Positions 38,963-48,264 of a stretch of 64,000 bases of DNA are shown here, one piece after another; positions within the stretch are counted from its first letter, which is position 1; each line of letters begins with the position of its first letter. The notes below the pieces were generated by a model. The model made no database searches. It was not told where the DNA came from and was given only the letters and a program-made list of their open reading frames with translations. Position numbers and translations under genes: made by a program. The stretch comes from an uncultured delta proteobacterium (GTDB taxonomy: Bacteria > Desulfobacterota > Syntrophia > Syntrophales > Smithellaceae), in the NCBI GenBank assembly GCA_903907985.1, contig CAIVQG010000026.1, forward strand, positions 3,045-67,044. The letters run 5' to 3'.

Positions 38963-39937
38963 ATTAAAGTCTTAATTGTTGGTGGGGCTGGTTATATTGG
39001 AGGTGCCCTTACAGACATATTGATCAAGTCAGAGCATGATATTCTTGTATATGACTTGTTGTTATATGAGGAATCATACAGGAAACCAATTCCGTTTATC
39101 TATGGCGATATCCGCGATAAAGCTAAACTAAAGCCATACCTGGATTGGGCCGATGTCGTTGTCTGGTTGGCAGCTTTGGTTGGCGATCCCGCTTGTACTT
39201 TAAATGAGTCATTGACAGTCGATATTAACACTAACAGCATTCAATTTTTGAAGGATAATTTCAAAGGTCGAATTATTTACATGTCATCTTGCTCTGTATA
39301 TGGGGCAGGAGATGATGTTCTAACTGAAAACTCGAAGCTAAGACCTCTTTCTTTATATGCAAAAGGAAAAATTGAAGCTGAAGAAATACTAGCGGATTCA
39401 AAGGCTATATGCTTCAGGCTTGGAACATTGCAGGGAATCAGCGATTGTTTCTCAAGAATCAGATTTGATCTGGTTGTGAACACTCTGGTAATGAGGGCTG
39501 TTTTTCACAACAAAGTTGTTGTCTTTGGGGGTGAGCAGTATCGTCCGCTCTTGCACGTTCGTGATGTTGCTAAAGCAATTTCTATGGTCCTTGATAAGGA
39601 GAATACCGGCATCTATAATTTGCATACCGAAAATATGGCTATTATTGATATGGCTAAGCGGATTCAGAGTTATTTCCCGGAATTGGGAATTGATGCAACC
39701 GAAGCTATGTTTCAAGATAACAGAAATTATAAGGTCTCAAGTAATAAGGCTCGAAAAGAATGGGGATTTAATCCTACCTTAACTATTGATGATGCCATTA
39801 TTGAATTAAAAGAACTCCTGGAGCAGGGTCGGGTGAAAAATGCGTTTCTTAATCGTTTTTCAAACTATCTGTATCTTCGACCTTTGGTAGAAGAGCATGT
39901 CTCACCACTTGGCAAAGAAATAAAGATGAATTTATGA
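38963..39937 (+). CDS. NAD-dependent epimerase/reductase (extended SDR), probable ATT start
   Basis: In-frame (I)KVLIVGGAGYIG lies upstream of the ORF-track start 39020; SSCSVYG, YAKGK, RFDLVVN, RPLLHV. Confidence 0.88.
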   Translation: MKVLIVGGAGYIGGALTDILIKSEHDILVYDLLLYEESYRKPIPFIYGDIRDKAKLKPYLDWADVVVWLAALVGDPACTLNESLTVDINTNSIQFLKDNFKGRIIYMSSCSVYGAGDDVLTENSKLRPLSLYAKGKIEAEEILADSKAICFRLGTLQGISDCFSRIRFDLVVNTLVMRAVFHNKVVVFGGEQYRPLLHVRDVAKAISMVLDKENTGIYNLHTENMAIIDMAKRIQSYFPELGIDATEAMFQDNRNYKVSSNKARKEWGFNPTLTIDDAIIELKELLEQGRVKNAFLNRFSNYLYLRPLVEEHVSPLGKEIKMNL

Positions 39938-39949
39938 GGTCGTTTATTT

Positions 39950-40675
39950 ATGAATGAACTTTCTATATTAGTGCCATGTCCATCAAATATTGATTCTCTT
40001 CCAGGTTTTATAGATGTTTTAAGCCAGTATCTGATGACAAACCCGGCTGATGCAGAAGTTATCATAATAACGAATGAGAATGAAAAATCAATCATTTCCG
40101 TTGCTGATTATATCCAGAAAAAATACCCCTGGTTGAAGTTGCGTTTGCTGCAAAAAAAAGGTGAATCCAATCCCTATGGTGCATTAATTCGTTTTGGGTT
40201 GGCCTATTCATTAAGCCGCTATGCTGTTATAGTTTCACCTTATGGGGAAGATGACATCAGCATTATTAATGAAATGCTAGGGTTAATAAGAAAAGGCGCT
40301 CAAGTGGTACAGGCTAGTCGATATTCTTCGCCAGATGATTGGAGCACAGTTCCAGTAAGATTTCGAATTTATCAGTATGTGTACCGTTTTTTAACAAAAT
40401 TAATGACAGGACTCAATATAAGCGATTCAACCTATGGGTTTAAAATGTTTGACAGAGTATTTATTCAATCATTGGGATTGATGCAAAACGGTTACAGCAT
40501 TTGTCCTGAAATTACCCTTAAAGCTCTTCTTGCCGGAGGTAAAGTTACTTATATATCATCTCGATTTAAGACCATACCTTTTAATAAAGGGTTTAGGCTA
40601 TATAAAGAAGGAGCAGGGTACGCTTGGCTATTGATTAGAAGTTTTCTCCATAGAATAGGCATCTTTTGGTTTTAA
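39950..40675 (+). CDS. Degenerate DPM1-like GT2 protein lacking donor-binding motifs
   Basis: Retains ASRY and SDSTYGFK; DDGS and DxD positions read ITNE and VSPY. Confidence 0.65.
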   Translation: MNELSILVPCPSNIDSLPGFIDVLSQYLMTNPADAEVIIITNENEKSIISVADYIQKKYPWLKLRLLQKKGESNPYGALIRFGLAYSLSRYAVIVSPYGEDDISIINEMLGLIRKGAQVVQASRYSSPDDWSTVPVRFRIYQYVYRFLTKLMTGLNISDSTYGFKMFDRVFIQSLGLMQNGYSICPEITLKALLAGGKVTYISSRFKTIPFNKGFRLYKEGAGYAWLLIRSFLHRIGIFWF

Positions 40676-40697
40676 CCATTTTTGATAATCAGAATTA

Positions 40698-41513
40698 TTG
40701 CTTAAAGTAGTTACCGATATAAGGAGCTATTGCATATCCATGTGTGCAAAAAAGGATATTACCGCCTCGGGACTAAGCTTTTGTGTAGTTATTCCAGTTT
40801 ATAACGAATCAGCAGGTGTGGATAAGTGTATCCGTTCTGTTTGTAATAGACTGAACTCCTTACCATACCGAACAGCACTCATTGTTGTTGATGATGGCAG
40901 TTCAGATGATACAGGCCTGATTTTGAAGAGACTGGTAGCAGAATTTGCTGAATTACACGTTTTAAGTCATAATAAAAACTTGGGTTACGGAAGCGCGCTC
41001 AAAAGCGGGACCAAACGTGCTGCTGAAATGGGTTTTGAGTATGTTCTTTTTATGGATAGTGATTTGACAAATGATCCTATGTATTTACCGTTATTCGTAG
41101 AAAAGATGAAGCAAGGATATGATGTTATCAAAGCGTCGCGTTATATAGATGGAGGAAGAGTATCTGGAGTTCCAGTATGGAGAACAATTGTATCAGTAAT
41201 TGGCAATCGAGTGGCTATGATGCTATATCGTTTGCCGATTAGAGATTGTACAAATGGTTTTCGTGCAGTTAAAACAGATATTTTATGTCGATTGCATTTA
41301 CAGGAAAATGGATTCGCAATCATAATGGAAGAACTCTATCAGGTAAAATTTCTTGCAAGGACCTTTTGTGAAGTTTCTTATACATTGGGTGCACGAGCAA
41401 AATCAGACCGTCCTTCCAGCTTTGCTTATCATCCTAAAGTTTTTTTTGTTTATTTAAAGTATGCGATAAAAAGCTTTCTGAAAATTGTTCCACCGCGACT
41501 ACAATTGTTATAA
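40698..41513 (+). CDS. Polyprenol-phosphate glycosyltransferase (DPM1/GtrB-like GT2)
   Basis: VIPVYNE, VVDDGSSD, NLGYGSA, FMDSDL, ASRY, DCTNGFRA; start may be ATG 40740. Confidence 0.88.
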   Translation: MLKVVTDIRSYCISMCAKKDITASGLSFCVVIPVYNESAGVDKCIRSVCNRLNSLPYRTALIVVDDGSSDDTGLILKRLVAEFAELHVLSHNKNLGYGSALKSGTKRAAEMGFEYVLFMDSDLTNDPMYLPLFVEKMKQGYDVIKASRYIDGGRVSGVPVWRTIVSVIGNRVAMMLYRLPIRDCTNGFRAVKTDILCRLHLQENGFAIIMEELYQVKFLARTFCEVSYTLGARAKSDRPSSFAYHPKVFFVYLKYAIKSFLKIVPPRLQLL

Positions 41514-41526
41514 GGAGTTTATATTT

Positions 41527-42726
41527 ATGGCTAGAACAATATGCAGAGGATGTGAAAGTAACAATTTGGAAATATTCCTTGATTTGGGGATGATGCCTTT
41601 AGCCGGTGGATTCCTGTCAGGTGTAGGGGCCATTGCAAAGGAAAATCTTTATCCATTACCAATACACGTGTGTAGAGAATGTGGTTTGGTACAAATATTG
41701 GAAGCGATTGATCCGGAGATCCTTTTTCAGGATTATTCGTTTTCATCCAGTACTGTAGGGCCTCTGATCCAACACTTTACAAACTATGCTAAATGGCTGG
41801 ATGATAAATTGTCTCCCAAGTTAATTGTAGAATTTGGTTGTAATGATGGTATTTTGCTCAAGCCACTTAAGCAATTGGGTATCAAAGTGTGCGGGGTTGA
41901 TATGTCGGATAACATCACTGAAATGGCCCGTAATGAAGGTTTGGATGTTATTTCTGGATCGTTTGATGAAACTATAGCTGAATCAATCAGACAGCGGTTG
42001 GGAGAAGCTGATGTTGTGACGGGCAGTAATGCATTTGCCCACAACGATAAGCCGGAGATTATTCTGAGAGCTGCCCGACAAATTCTAAAACCAAATGGCC
42101 ATCTCTGTCTGGAAGTGATGTATGCCGGTGACTTATTGGAAATGATTCAATGGGATACGTTATATCATGAGCATCTTACTTTCTATTGTCTTACGACTCT
42201 CGCTGTTCTGCTCAAACGCTATGGGTTCAATGTTGTTGATGCTGAAAGAATACCGATGCACGGTGGTTCGCTTCGTGTAGTAGCGACCCAAAATTATAAT
42301 CAAGTACCCAGCCCAAAAGTAATGGAAATCTTGGCTTATGAAACGGAAAAAGCATTAGCTGATCCTGCAACATGGATGAAGTTTGGCCAGAATATTGGTC
42401 GTAAGATAAATGTAGTAAGAGAAACTCTTGGTAAGCTGAGCCAAAATAGTCGTATATGGGGTTATGGAGCAGCGGGTAAAGCCACGTTATGGGTAAACGC
42501 TTGCGGGATGAATTATCTGGAGGCTATGGTGGATGCATCTCCTCTGCGGGCAGGTAAACTGATGCCCGGGACACATACACCAATTGTTTTTCCGGAAAAA
42601 CTAAAAGATAATCCTCCTGACTATATTTTTGTTACTGCATGGAACTACGCCGATCTTATTAGATCTAATGAGCAATGGTTCAGGGGAATTTGGGTGACAC
42701 CATTGCCGGAATTAAGATTATTTTAG
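41527..42726 (+). CDS. NDP-hexose C-methyltransferase family protein
   Basis: Zn finger CRGC...CREC, EFGCNDG, YHEH, MHGGS, GYGAAGK, AWNY; ATG at 41527 follows AAGGAG. Confidence 0.9.
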   Translation: MARTICRGCESNNLEIFLDLGMMPLAGGFLSGVGAIAKENLYPLPIHVCRECGLVQILEAIDPEILFQDYSFSSSTVGPLIQHFTNYAKWLDDKLSPKLIVEFGCNDGILLKPLKQLGIKVCGVDMSDNITEMARNEGLDVISGSFDETIAESIRQRLGEADVVTGSNAFAHNDKPEIILRAARQILKPNGHLCLEVMYAGDLLEMIQWDTLYHEHLTFYCLTTLAVLLKRYGFNVVDAERIPMHGGSLRVVATQNYNQVPSPKVMEILAYETEKALADPATWMKFGQNIGRKINVVRETLGKLSQNSRIWGYGAAGKATLWVNACGMNYLEAMVDASPLRAGKLMPGTHTPIVFPEKLKDNPPDYIFVTAWNYADLIRSNEQWFRGIWVTPLPELRLF

Positions 42727-42800
42727 AACACCTGGAAAGGTTTTTCGTCTATGACTATGATTATGATTTTCCGTAATTCACTTTTTAGTAGTTATTTAAG

Positions 42801-43691
42801 ATGACCAGAGTGCTTGTTCTCGGGAGTAAGGGGATACTCGGCCAAATGGTTTTCCGTTTTTTGTCGAGATGTGATGGGGTAGATGTCGAGCACACTTGCC
42901 GTGCTCAAAAATCTGATCCTTCTTATTTTGATGTCGAAGATGGACTTGGTAGATTATTCCAAATTATAGAACATTATGGTCCATTTGATTATTTTATAAA
43001 TTGTATTGGAATAACGAGCAATGAAATTGACGAAACAAATTCAAAATCAGTGCAGCGGGCTATTTTGGTTAATTCGCTATTCCCACATGAACTTGCAGGT
43101 TTAGCCAGGGAGATCGGGGTGCGTGTTATTCATATATCTACGGATGGTGTTTTTGCCAGAGATGCAGGTGAATGTATGGAGGACAGTCCTCAACAATGTT
43201 TTGACATTTATGGAAAAACTAAAAGCCTGGGCGAAGTAACTGAGACTGGATTTGTGAATTTGCGCTGTTCAATTATTGGACCTGATGATATTAATAAAAA
43301 AGGATTGTTGGAATGGTTCTATAATCAACCTCAGGGAGCAGAGGTTTCTGGTTACACAAACCATTTGTGGAACGGGGTAACGACTCTTCAATTTGCAAAG
43401 TTATGTTATAAATTAATATTGAATGATTCCTTTGATGCGGTTCGTGATGAAGCACATGTCCATCATTTTTGTCCCAATCAGCCCTTATCTAAATTTGAAC
43501 TGTTGCAATTATTTCAATCGATATTCAGACCGGATGTCAAAATTACACCATTTACAGATCAGAAACAGCGGGTCTCCAGAATATTAGGTACGCGCTATTA
43601 TAAACTGAAAAAATTATTTGATGAAGGACAAAATATACAAAATGCAATAAATGAATTAATAACAGAAATGAAAGATAGGAGAAAAAAATGA
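42801..43691 (+). CDS. RmlD-like NDP-4-keto-6-deoxyhexose reductase
   Basis: LGSKGILG, INCIG, HISTDGVF, YGKTKSLGE, WNGVT. Confidence 0.85.
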   Translation: MTRVLVLGSKGILGQMVFRFLSRCDGVDVEHTCRAQKSDPSYFDVEDGLGRLFQIIEHYGPFDYFINCIGITSNEIDETNSKSVQRAILVNSLFPHELAGLAREIGVRVIHISTDGVFARDAGECMEDSPQQCFDIYGKTKSLGEVTETGFVNLRCSIIGPDDINKKGLLEWFYNQPQGAEVSGYTNHLWNGVTTLQFAKLCYKLILNDSFDAVRDEAHVHHFCPNQPLSKFELLQLFQSIFRPDVKITPFTDQKQRVSRILGTRYYKLKKLFDEGQNIQNAINELITEMKDRRKK

Positions 43692-44872
43692 ATAAGAAGC
43701 GACTTGCTATTATCCTTGGAATAAGACCTGATGTTATTCGTGCCAGCCTAATCCTCAACTCGATTCGAACTACGAAGGAATTTGATGTGAAATTCATCTG
43801 GTCCGGCCAACATTATTCGGACAATTTAAAAGATGTCTTTTTTAGAGAGTTAGGTATAGCTCCCCCGGACATAGAGTTGGGTGCCGGAGGTAACACAGAT
43901 GCGGAAACATCTGCTGCCGTGATTTCTCTGCTTTATCCTGTATTAAAAGAGATGCAGCCGGAGGCAGTGGTGTTTTTAGGGGACACAAATACGGTTATGG
44001 GTTGTTTAGCTGCTGCACAACTCAACATTCCCATCGTTCATATCGAGGGATGTATGCGGTCCTATGATTGGCGTATGCCGGAAGAAAAGTATCGAGGAAC
44101 AATTGATCATTTATCCGATGTGATTTATACATATTTTGAAGAATATAAAAAGCAGGGTATTGCTGAAGGTCTCAATCCCAAGAGAATTGTTCTTGTCCAA
44201 AACTTGATTGTGGATGTTTTGAATGCTTACTATTTTGCAAAAAAAGATTTCTATGATAAAATGGCAACCGACGATTATTTTAGAAAACGCGGAATTGAAC
44301 GCGGTCAATATTATTTAATGACATGCCATCGGCGCGAAAATGTTCACATTCGCGAATCTTTTGAGAATGTTTTGTCTTTGATCCGTGCGACAAATCGCAA
44401 AGTATATTTTCCGGCTAGTTATCGGACGCAGAAAGTACTTAAAGAATATGGATTGTCGCTTCCTGAAAACGTTATTATGGTTGATCCTATCGGGTACCAG
44501 GAAATGTTGTTATTGATGGTCAACTCCAGAGGAGTTATTACAGATTCTGGTACTGTAGTTGAAGAGACATGTGTTTTGCAGGTGCCATCGCTGCAGATAC
44601 GTAAGGCTACGGAACGCCCACAGGTGTATGATGCCGGTTCAAGTGTGAAATTCGATCCAAGCCGACCAGATCTATATCCTCATGATGAGCTATATAGAAA
44701 ATTTGAAAATCTATATGGTAAGACATGGGAACACAATCTGGGCGATGGCAAAGCTTCGGAACGCATAGTTAACGATTTATTAAATCGTCTCAGAAACGAC
44801 GGATTTCACATGCACAAGCCAGAGGATTACCATTTGGAAATAACACGTTCTTATCGAGAAGATGGATTGTAA
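43688..44872 (+). CDS. UDP-N-acetylhexosamine 2-epimerase, non-hydrolysing (FnlC/QnlB/WecB family)
   Basis: GIRPD, SGQHY, LGDTNT, HIEG.MRS, MPEE, HRREN, TDSGTVVEE, TERP. Confidence 0.88.
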   Translation: MNKKRLAIILGIRPDVIRASLILNSIRTTKEFDVKFIWSGQHYSDNLKDVFFRELGIAPPDIELGAGGNTDAETSAAVISLLYPVLKEMQPEAVVFLGDTNTVMGCLAAAQLNIPIVHIEGCMRSYDWRMPEEKYRGTIDHLSDVIYTYFEEYKKQGIAEGLNPKRIVLVQNLIVDVLNAYYFAKKDFYDKMATDDYFRKRGIERGQYYLMTCHRRENVHIRESFENVLSLIRATNRKVYFPASYRTQKVLKEYGLSLPENVIMVDPIGYQEMLLLMVNSRGVITDSGTVVEETCVLQVPSLQIRKATERPQVYDAGSSVKFDPSRPDLYPHDELYRKFENLYGKTWEHNLGDGKASERIVNDLLNRLRNDGFHMHKPEDYHLEITRSYREDGL

Positions 44873-44999
44873 TAAAATATACGTTCTTGAAGGATATTTA
44901 TAACCTTGAGCAACATTATTTGTGCTGATAGCTCATTGGCCAGAAATGCTGCAAAGATAAGTCTGATCAGAACTTGATTTTTAAAGGGTACATATTTCG

Positions 45000-45419
45000 A
45001 TGATAGAAAGAATTACTCACAATGATAATCTCATGGCTATAATAGTGAGGAAAAACTTTAAAAAAGATGGAATATCATTTATTACTTCTAATGATTCTTC
45101 CCTTCAGTTAGGCTATATGAGCCATCCTGCCGGCCACATAATTAAGCCACATATGCATCATCCTGTTTATAGAGAGACAGTTGGCACTCAGGAGGTGTTG
45201 ATCATTCAAAAAGGTCGGATTCGGATTGACTTCTATTCTTTTGACAAGGAATATCTAGAAAGCAGAGAACTATCGGAAGGTGACGTAATATTGTTGGTCA
45301 GTTCCGGACACGGAATGACTACATTGGAACCTCTCACTATGATTGAGGTAAAGAACGGCCCTTACCGCCCGGAAGAAGACAAGGAGAAGTTCGAAGGGAA
45401 GCATCATGATACCCGTTAA
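45000..45419 (+). CDS. Small cupin-fold protein
   Basis: PHMH...TQEVL, GDVILL...GHG, IEVKNGPY; coupled to the downstream aminotransferase. Confidence 0.7.
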   Translation: MIERITHNDNLMAIIVRKNFKKDGISFITSNDSSLQLGYMSHPAGHIIKPHMHHPVYRETVGTQEVLIIQKGRIRIDFYSFDKEYLESRELSEGDVILLVSSGHGMTTLEPLTMIEVKNGPYRPEEDKEKFEGKHHDTR

Positions 45420-46527
45420 CCAACCACTTCTAAATGGCCGTGAAAAAGAACTGCTCTGCGAGTGCATCGAGACTGGCTGGATTTCTTCTGATGGGCCATT
45501 TGTAAAAGAATTCGAGAATAAGTTTAGCAACTATATTGGTTCTGAATACGGAATAGCAGTATGCAACGGCACTGCTGCTATTGAAACAGCTTTATTTGCT
45601 GCTGGTATTAACTGTGGCGATGAAGTCATTATGCCCTCTTTCACAATTATATCTTGTGCTTTAGCGGTTCTTCGTTTGCGGGCAGTACCAGTTCTTGTAG
45701 ATGTTGAACCTGATACATGGAACATGAATACTGATCAAATTGAGGCACGAATAACGGGAAAAACCAAGGCTATTATGCCAGTACATATATATGGTCATCC
45801 TGTGGATATGGATCCTGTTTTAGAAATTGCAAAAAAAAATAATCTTCTGGTTATCGAGGATGCTGCGGAAGTTCATGGTGCGGAATATAAAGGAAATAAA
45901 TGCGGTAGCCTCGGAAATATAAGCTCTTGGTCGTTTTATGCAAATAAGATTATAACTACGGGCGAAGGCGGAATGGTTCTTACTTCAGATCCAAATATGG
46001 CAAAACGTGCTGCATCGTATCGGAATTTATCCTTTCGTTCCGAGAAAAGATTCTATCATACTGAAATGGGGTACAACTTCAGGATGACTAATATGCAAGC
46101 TGCCATTGGTATTGCACAAATGGATCGCATTGAGGAGTTTGTTCACATAAAGAGGAGATTAGGAGAATATTATCGCAATAAACTTTCAGGATATAAGGGA
46201 ATAAAATGTCAAGTAGAAAAACCATGGGCCAAAACAGTATATTGGATGTATTGTATAGAATTGGCAAAGGAAACAGGCCTTGATGCAGATTCCATGATGA
46301 AAGCACTAGCCAAAAAAAATATTGGAACACGGCCGTTTTTTTTTGGTTTACATGAACAACCAGTTTTAAAGGATCTAGGTTTATTTAAGGGAGAATGCTA
46401 TCCGGTAACTGAGAGTATCTCACGTCAAGGTTTATATTTGCCATCAGGGTTAACGCTTACGGAAAAACAGATAGACGAAGTGGCTGAAGCTGTTGGAGAT
46501 ATTATGTCGAATAGGACAGGAGTATGA
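45406..46527 (+). CDS. DegT/DnrJ family aminotransferase (GDP-perosamine synthase-like)
   Basis: GWISS.G, EDAAEVHG, SFYANKIITTGEGG, GYNFRMTN. Confidence 0.9.
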   Translation: MIPVNQPLLNGREKELLCECIETGWISSDGPFVKEFENKFSNYIGSEYGIAVCNGTAAIETALFAAGINCGDEVIMPSFTIISCALAVLRLRAVPVLVDVEPDTWNMNTDQIEARITGKTKAIMPVHIYGHPVDMDPVLEIAKKNNLLVIEDAAEVHGAEYKGNKCGSLGNISSWSFYANKIITTGEGGMVLTSDPNMAKRAASYRNLSFRSEKRFYHTEMGYNFRMTNMQAAIGIAQMDRIEEFVHIKRRLGEYYRNKLSGYKGIKCQVEKPWAKTVYWMYCIELAKETGLDADSMMKALAKKNIGTRPFFFGLHEQPVLKDLGLFKGECYPVTESISRQGLYLPSGLTLTEKQIDEVAEAVGDIMSNRTGV

Positions 46528-46581
46528 TTGCTGAAGCAGTTAAAGTGCCTCAATCTATAGAAAGGATATATACACAATACT

Positions 46582-47793
46582 ATGATGGAAATAATAAGAT
46601 ACACAAAATGCCGTCTTTGTGGATCCAGTGATTTGCGTGATGTGTTTTCTCTGGGTGAACAATATATTAATGACTTTGTGTTGCCCGAAAATATTGGTAA
46701 GGGATTGAAGGCGCCTCTTGATTTGATGGTGTGCGACAATTGTTCGCTATTACAGCTGCGCCATACTGCCCCGCAGGAATTACTATATGCCCGCCATTAC
46801 TGGTACCGTTCAGGTATAACTTCTACTATGCGCTATGCGTTGCGAAATATTACGGAACAAGTAGAGGCGATGGTGCCTCTGCATGCAGGTGATGTAGTAT
46901 TGGATATAGGTGCAAATGACGGCACAATGCTTGCCAGCTATACTTCGAAAGGTATCTACCGTGTTGGTTGTGAGCCGGCTAACAACTTGATTGAATTGTT
47001 GAAGAAAAACGCCGATTATGTGATGCATGATTTTTGGGATTATGATCGCTACATGACACTTGCAGATCAATGGGGCTTCGGTAAGGCGAAAGTTATTACA
47101 GCTATCGGTATGTTCTACGATTTGGATGACCCTAATAAATTCATCAAAGACGCTCAACGCGCTTTAGCTGATGATGGCATCTTCGTTGCTCAATTAATGT
47201 GTTTGACTCCTATGCTGAAAAATAATGATATAGGTAATATATGTCATGAACACTTGGAATACTATTCGCTTAATTCTCTGAAGTACTTATTTGAGTCGAA
47301 TGGGCTTGAAATGTTTAAAGTTGAAGAAAACGATATAAATGGCGGAAGTTATCGAATTTTTGCCCGTCAGTATAAAGGTACGGGTATTTCCTTTGAAGAA
47401 AATATAACGCCGGATGCAATTATGGAATTTGCTGAGCGTATTGATTATAATCGTGATCTTTGTGTGAAGTTTATCAAGGAACAGGTGTCACAAGGGAAAA
47501 AAGTTTATGTCTATGGTGCATCGACTAAGGGCAATGTGATTCTTCAATATTATGGATTGAATAATACCTTGATTACGGCTGCTGCCGAGCGCAGCCCCGA
47601 GAAATGGGGTAAATACACTATTGGTACTTGGATACCGATAGTGTCTGAAGAAGAGGCCAGAAAAGCTCAACCTGATTATTTTTTAGTATTGCCTTATGCT
47701 TTTTTCCCAGAATTTTATGAACGCGAAAAAGAATGGCGTTTGCATGGCGGTAAGTTTATAGTTCCACTACCAGAGTTTAAAGTGGTGCCATGA
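46582..47793 (+). CDS. NDP-hexose C-methyltransferase family protein (second copy)
   Basis: CRLC...CDNC, YWYRSG, DIGANDG, CHEHLEYY, NGGS, YGASTKGN. Confidence 0.9.
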   Translation: MMEIIRYTKCRLCGSSDLRDVFSLGEQYINDFVLPENIGKGLKAPLDLMVCDNCSLLQLRHTAPQELLYARHYWYRSGITSTMRYALRNITEQVEAMVPLHAGDVVLDIGANDGTMLASYTSKGIYRVGCEPANNLIELLKKNADYVMHDFWDYDRYMTLADQWGFGKAKVITAIGMFYDLDDPNKFIKDAQRALADDGIFVAQLMCLTPMLKNNDIGNICHEHLEYYSLNSLKYLFESNGLEMFKVEENDINGGSYRIFARQYKGTGISFEENITPDAIMEFAERIDYNRDLCVKFIKEQVSQGKKVYVYGASTKGNVILQYYGLNNTLITAAAERSPEKWGKYTIGTWIPIVSEEEARKAQPDYFLVLPYAFFPEFYEREKEWRLHGGKFIVPLPEFKVVP

Positions 47794-48236
47794 GTTTTAT
47801 TCAGACTGAAACCTATAAGCAGATTATCGAAGTTTTACCAATTCTTTGCGTAGATGTAGTAATAAAGAGCGGGCAGGGCAAGTATTTATTAGTAAAACGT
47901 GAAAACGAACCCAAAAGAGGACACTGGTGGGTGATCGGTGGCAGGGTGCTGAAAGGAGAAACATGTGAAGAAGCTGCCTTTCGTAAGATTCGGGAAGAAG
48001 TTTCTCTAAATGCTAAGGCTGTTTATCCAATTGGCTTTTTTGAATTGGTAACCGGCGTCCACCCTTTTGGACTGGAATTACAATACCATGCAGTTAGCAT
48101 CGTTTATGAGACTTTAATTGATGATAGCCAGGAAGTTAAATTGGATTCACAGAGTGTGGCATGGATTTATGCTTCAGAACTTCCCGAAGATTTCAATATC
48201 AAGTATTTTAATGCTTGCGAACTGGTAAAAAAATGA
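47790..48236 (+). CDS. NUDIX hydrolase, GDP-mannose mannosyl hydrolase-like
   Basis: PILCVD, KRENEP..G.WW.IGGRVLKGE...RKIREE. Confidence 0.82.
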   Translation: MSFIQTETYKQIIEVLPILCVDVVIKSGQGKYLLVKRENEPKRGHWWVIGGRVLKGETCEEAAFRKIREEVSLNAKAVYPIGFFELVTGVHPFGLELQYHAVSIVYETLIDDSQEVKLDSQSVAWIYASELPEDFNIKYFNACELVKK

Positions 48237-48264
48237 CCAGGGATAATCACATATAAAGAGGATT

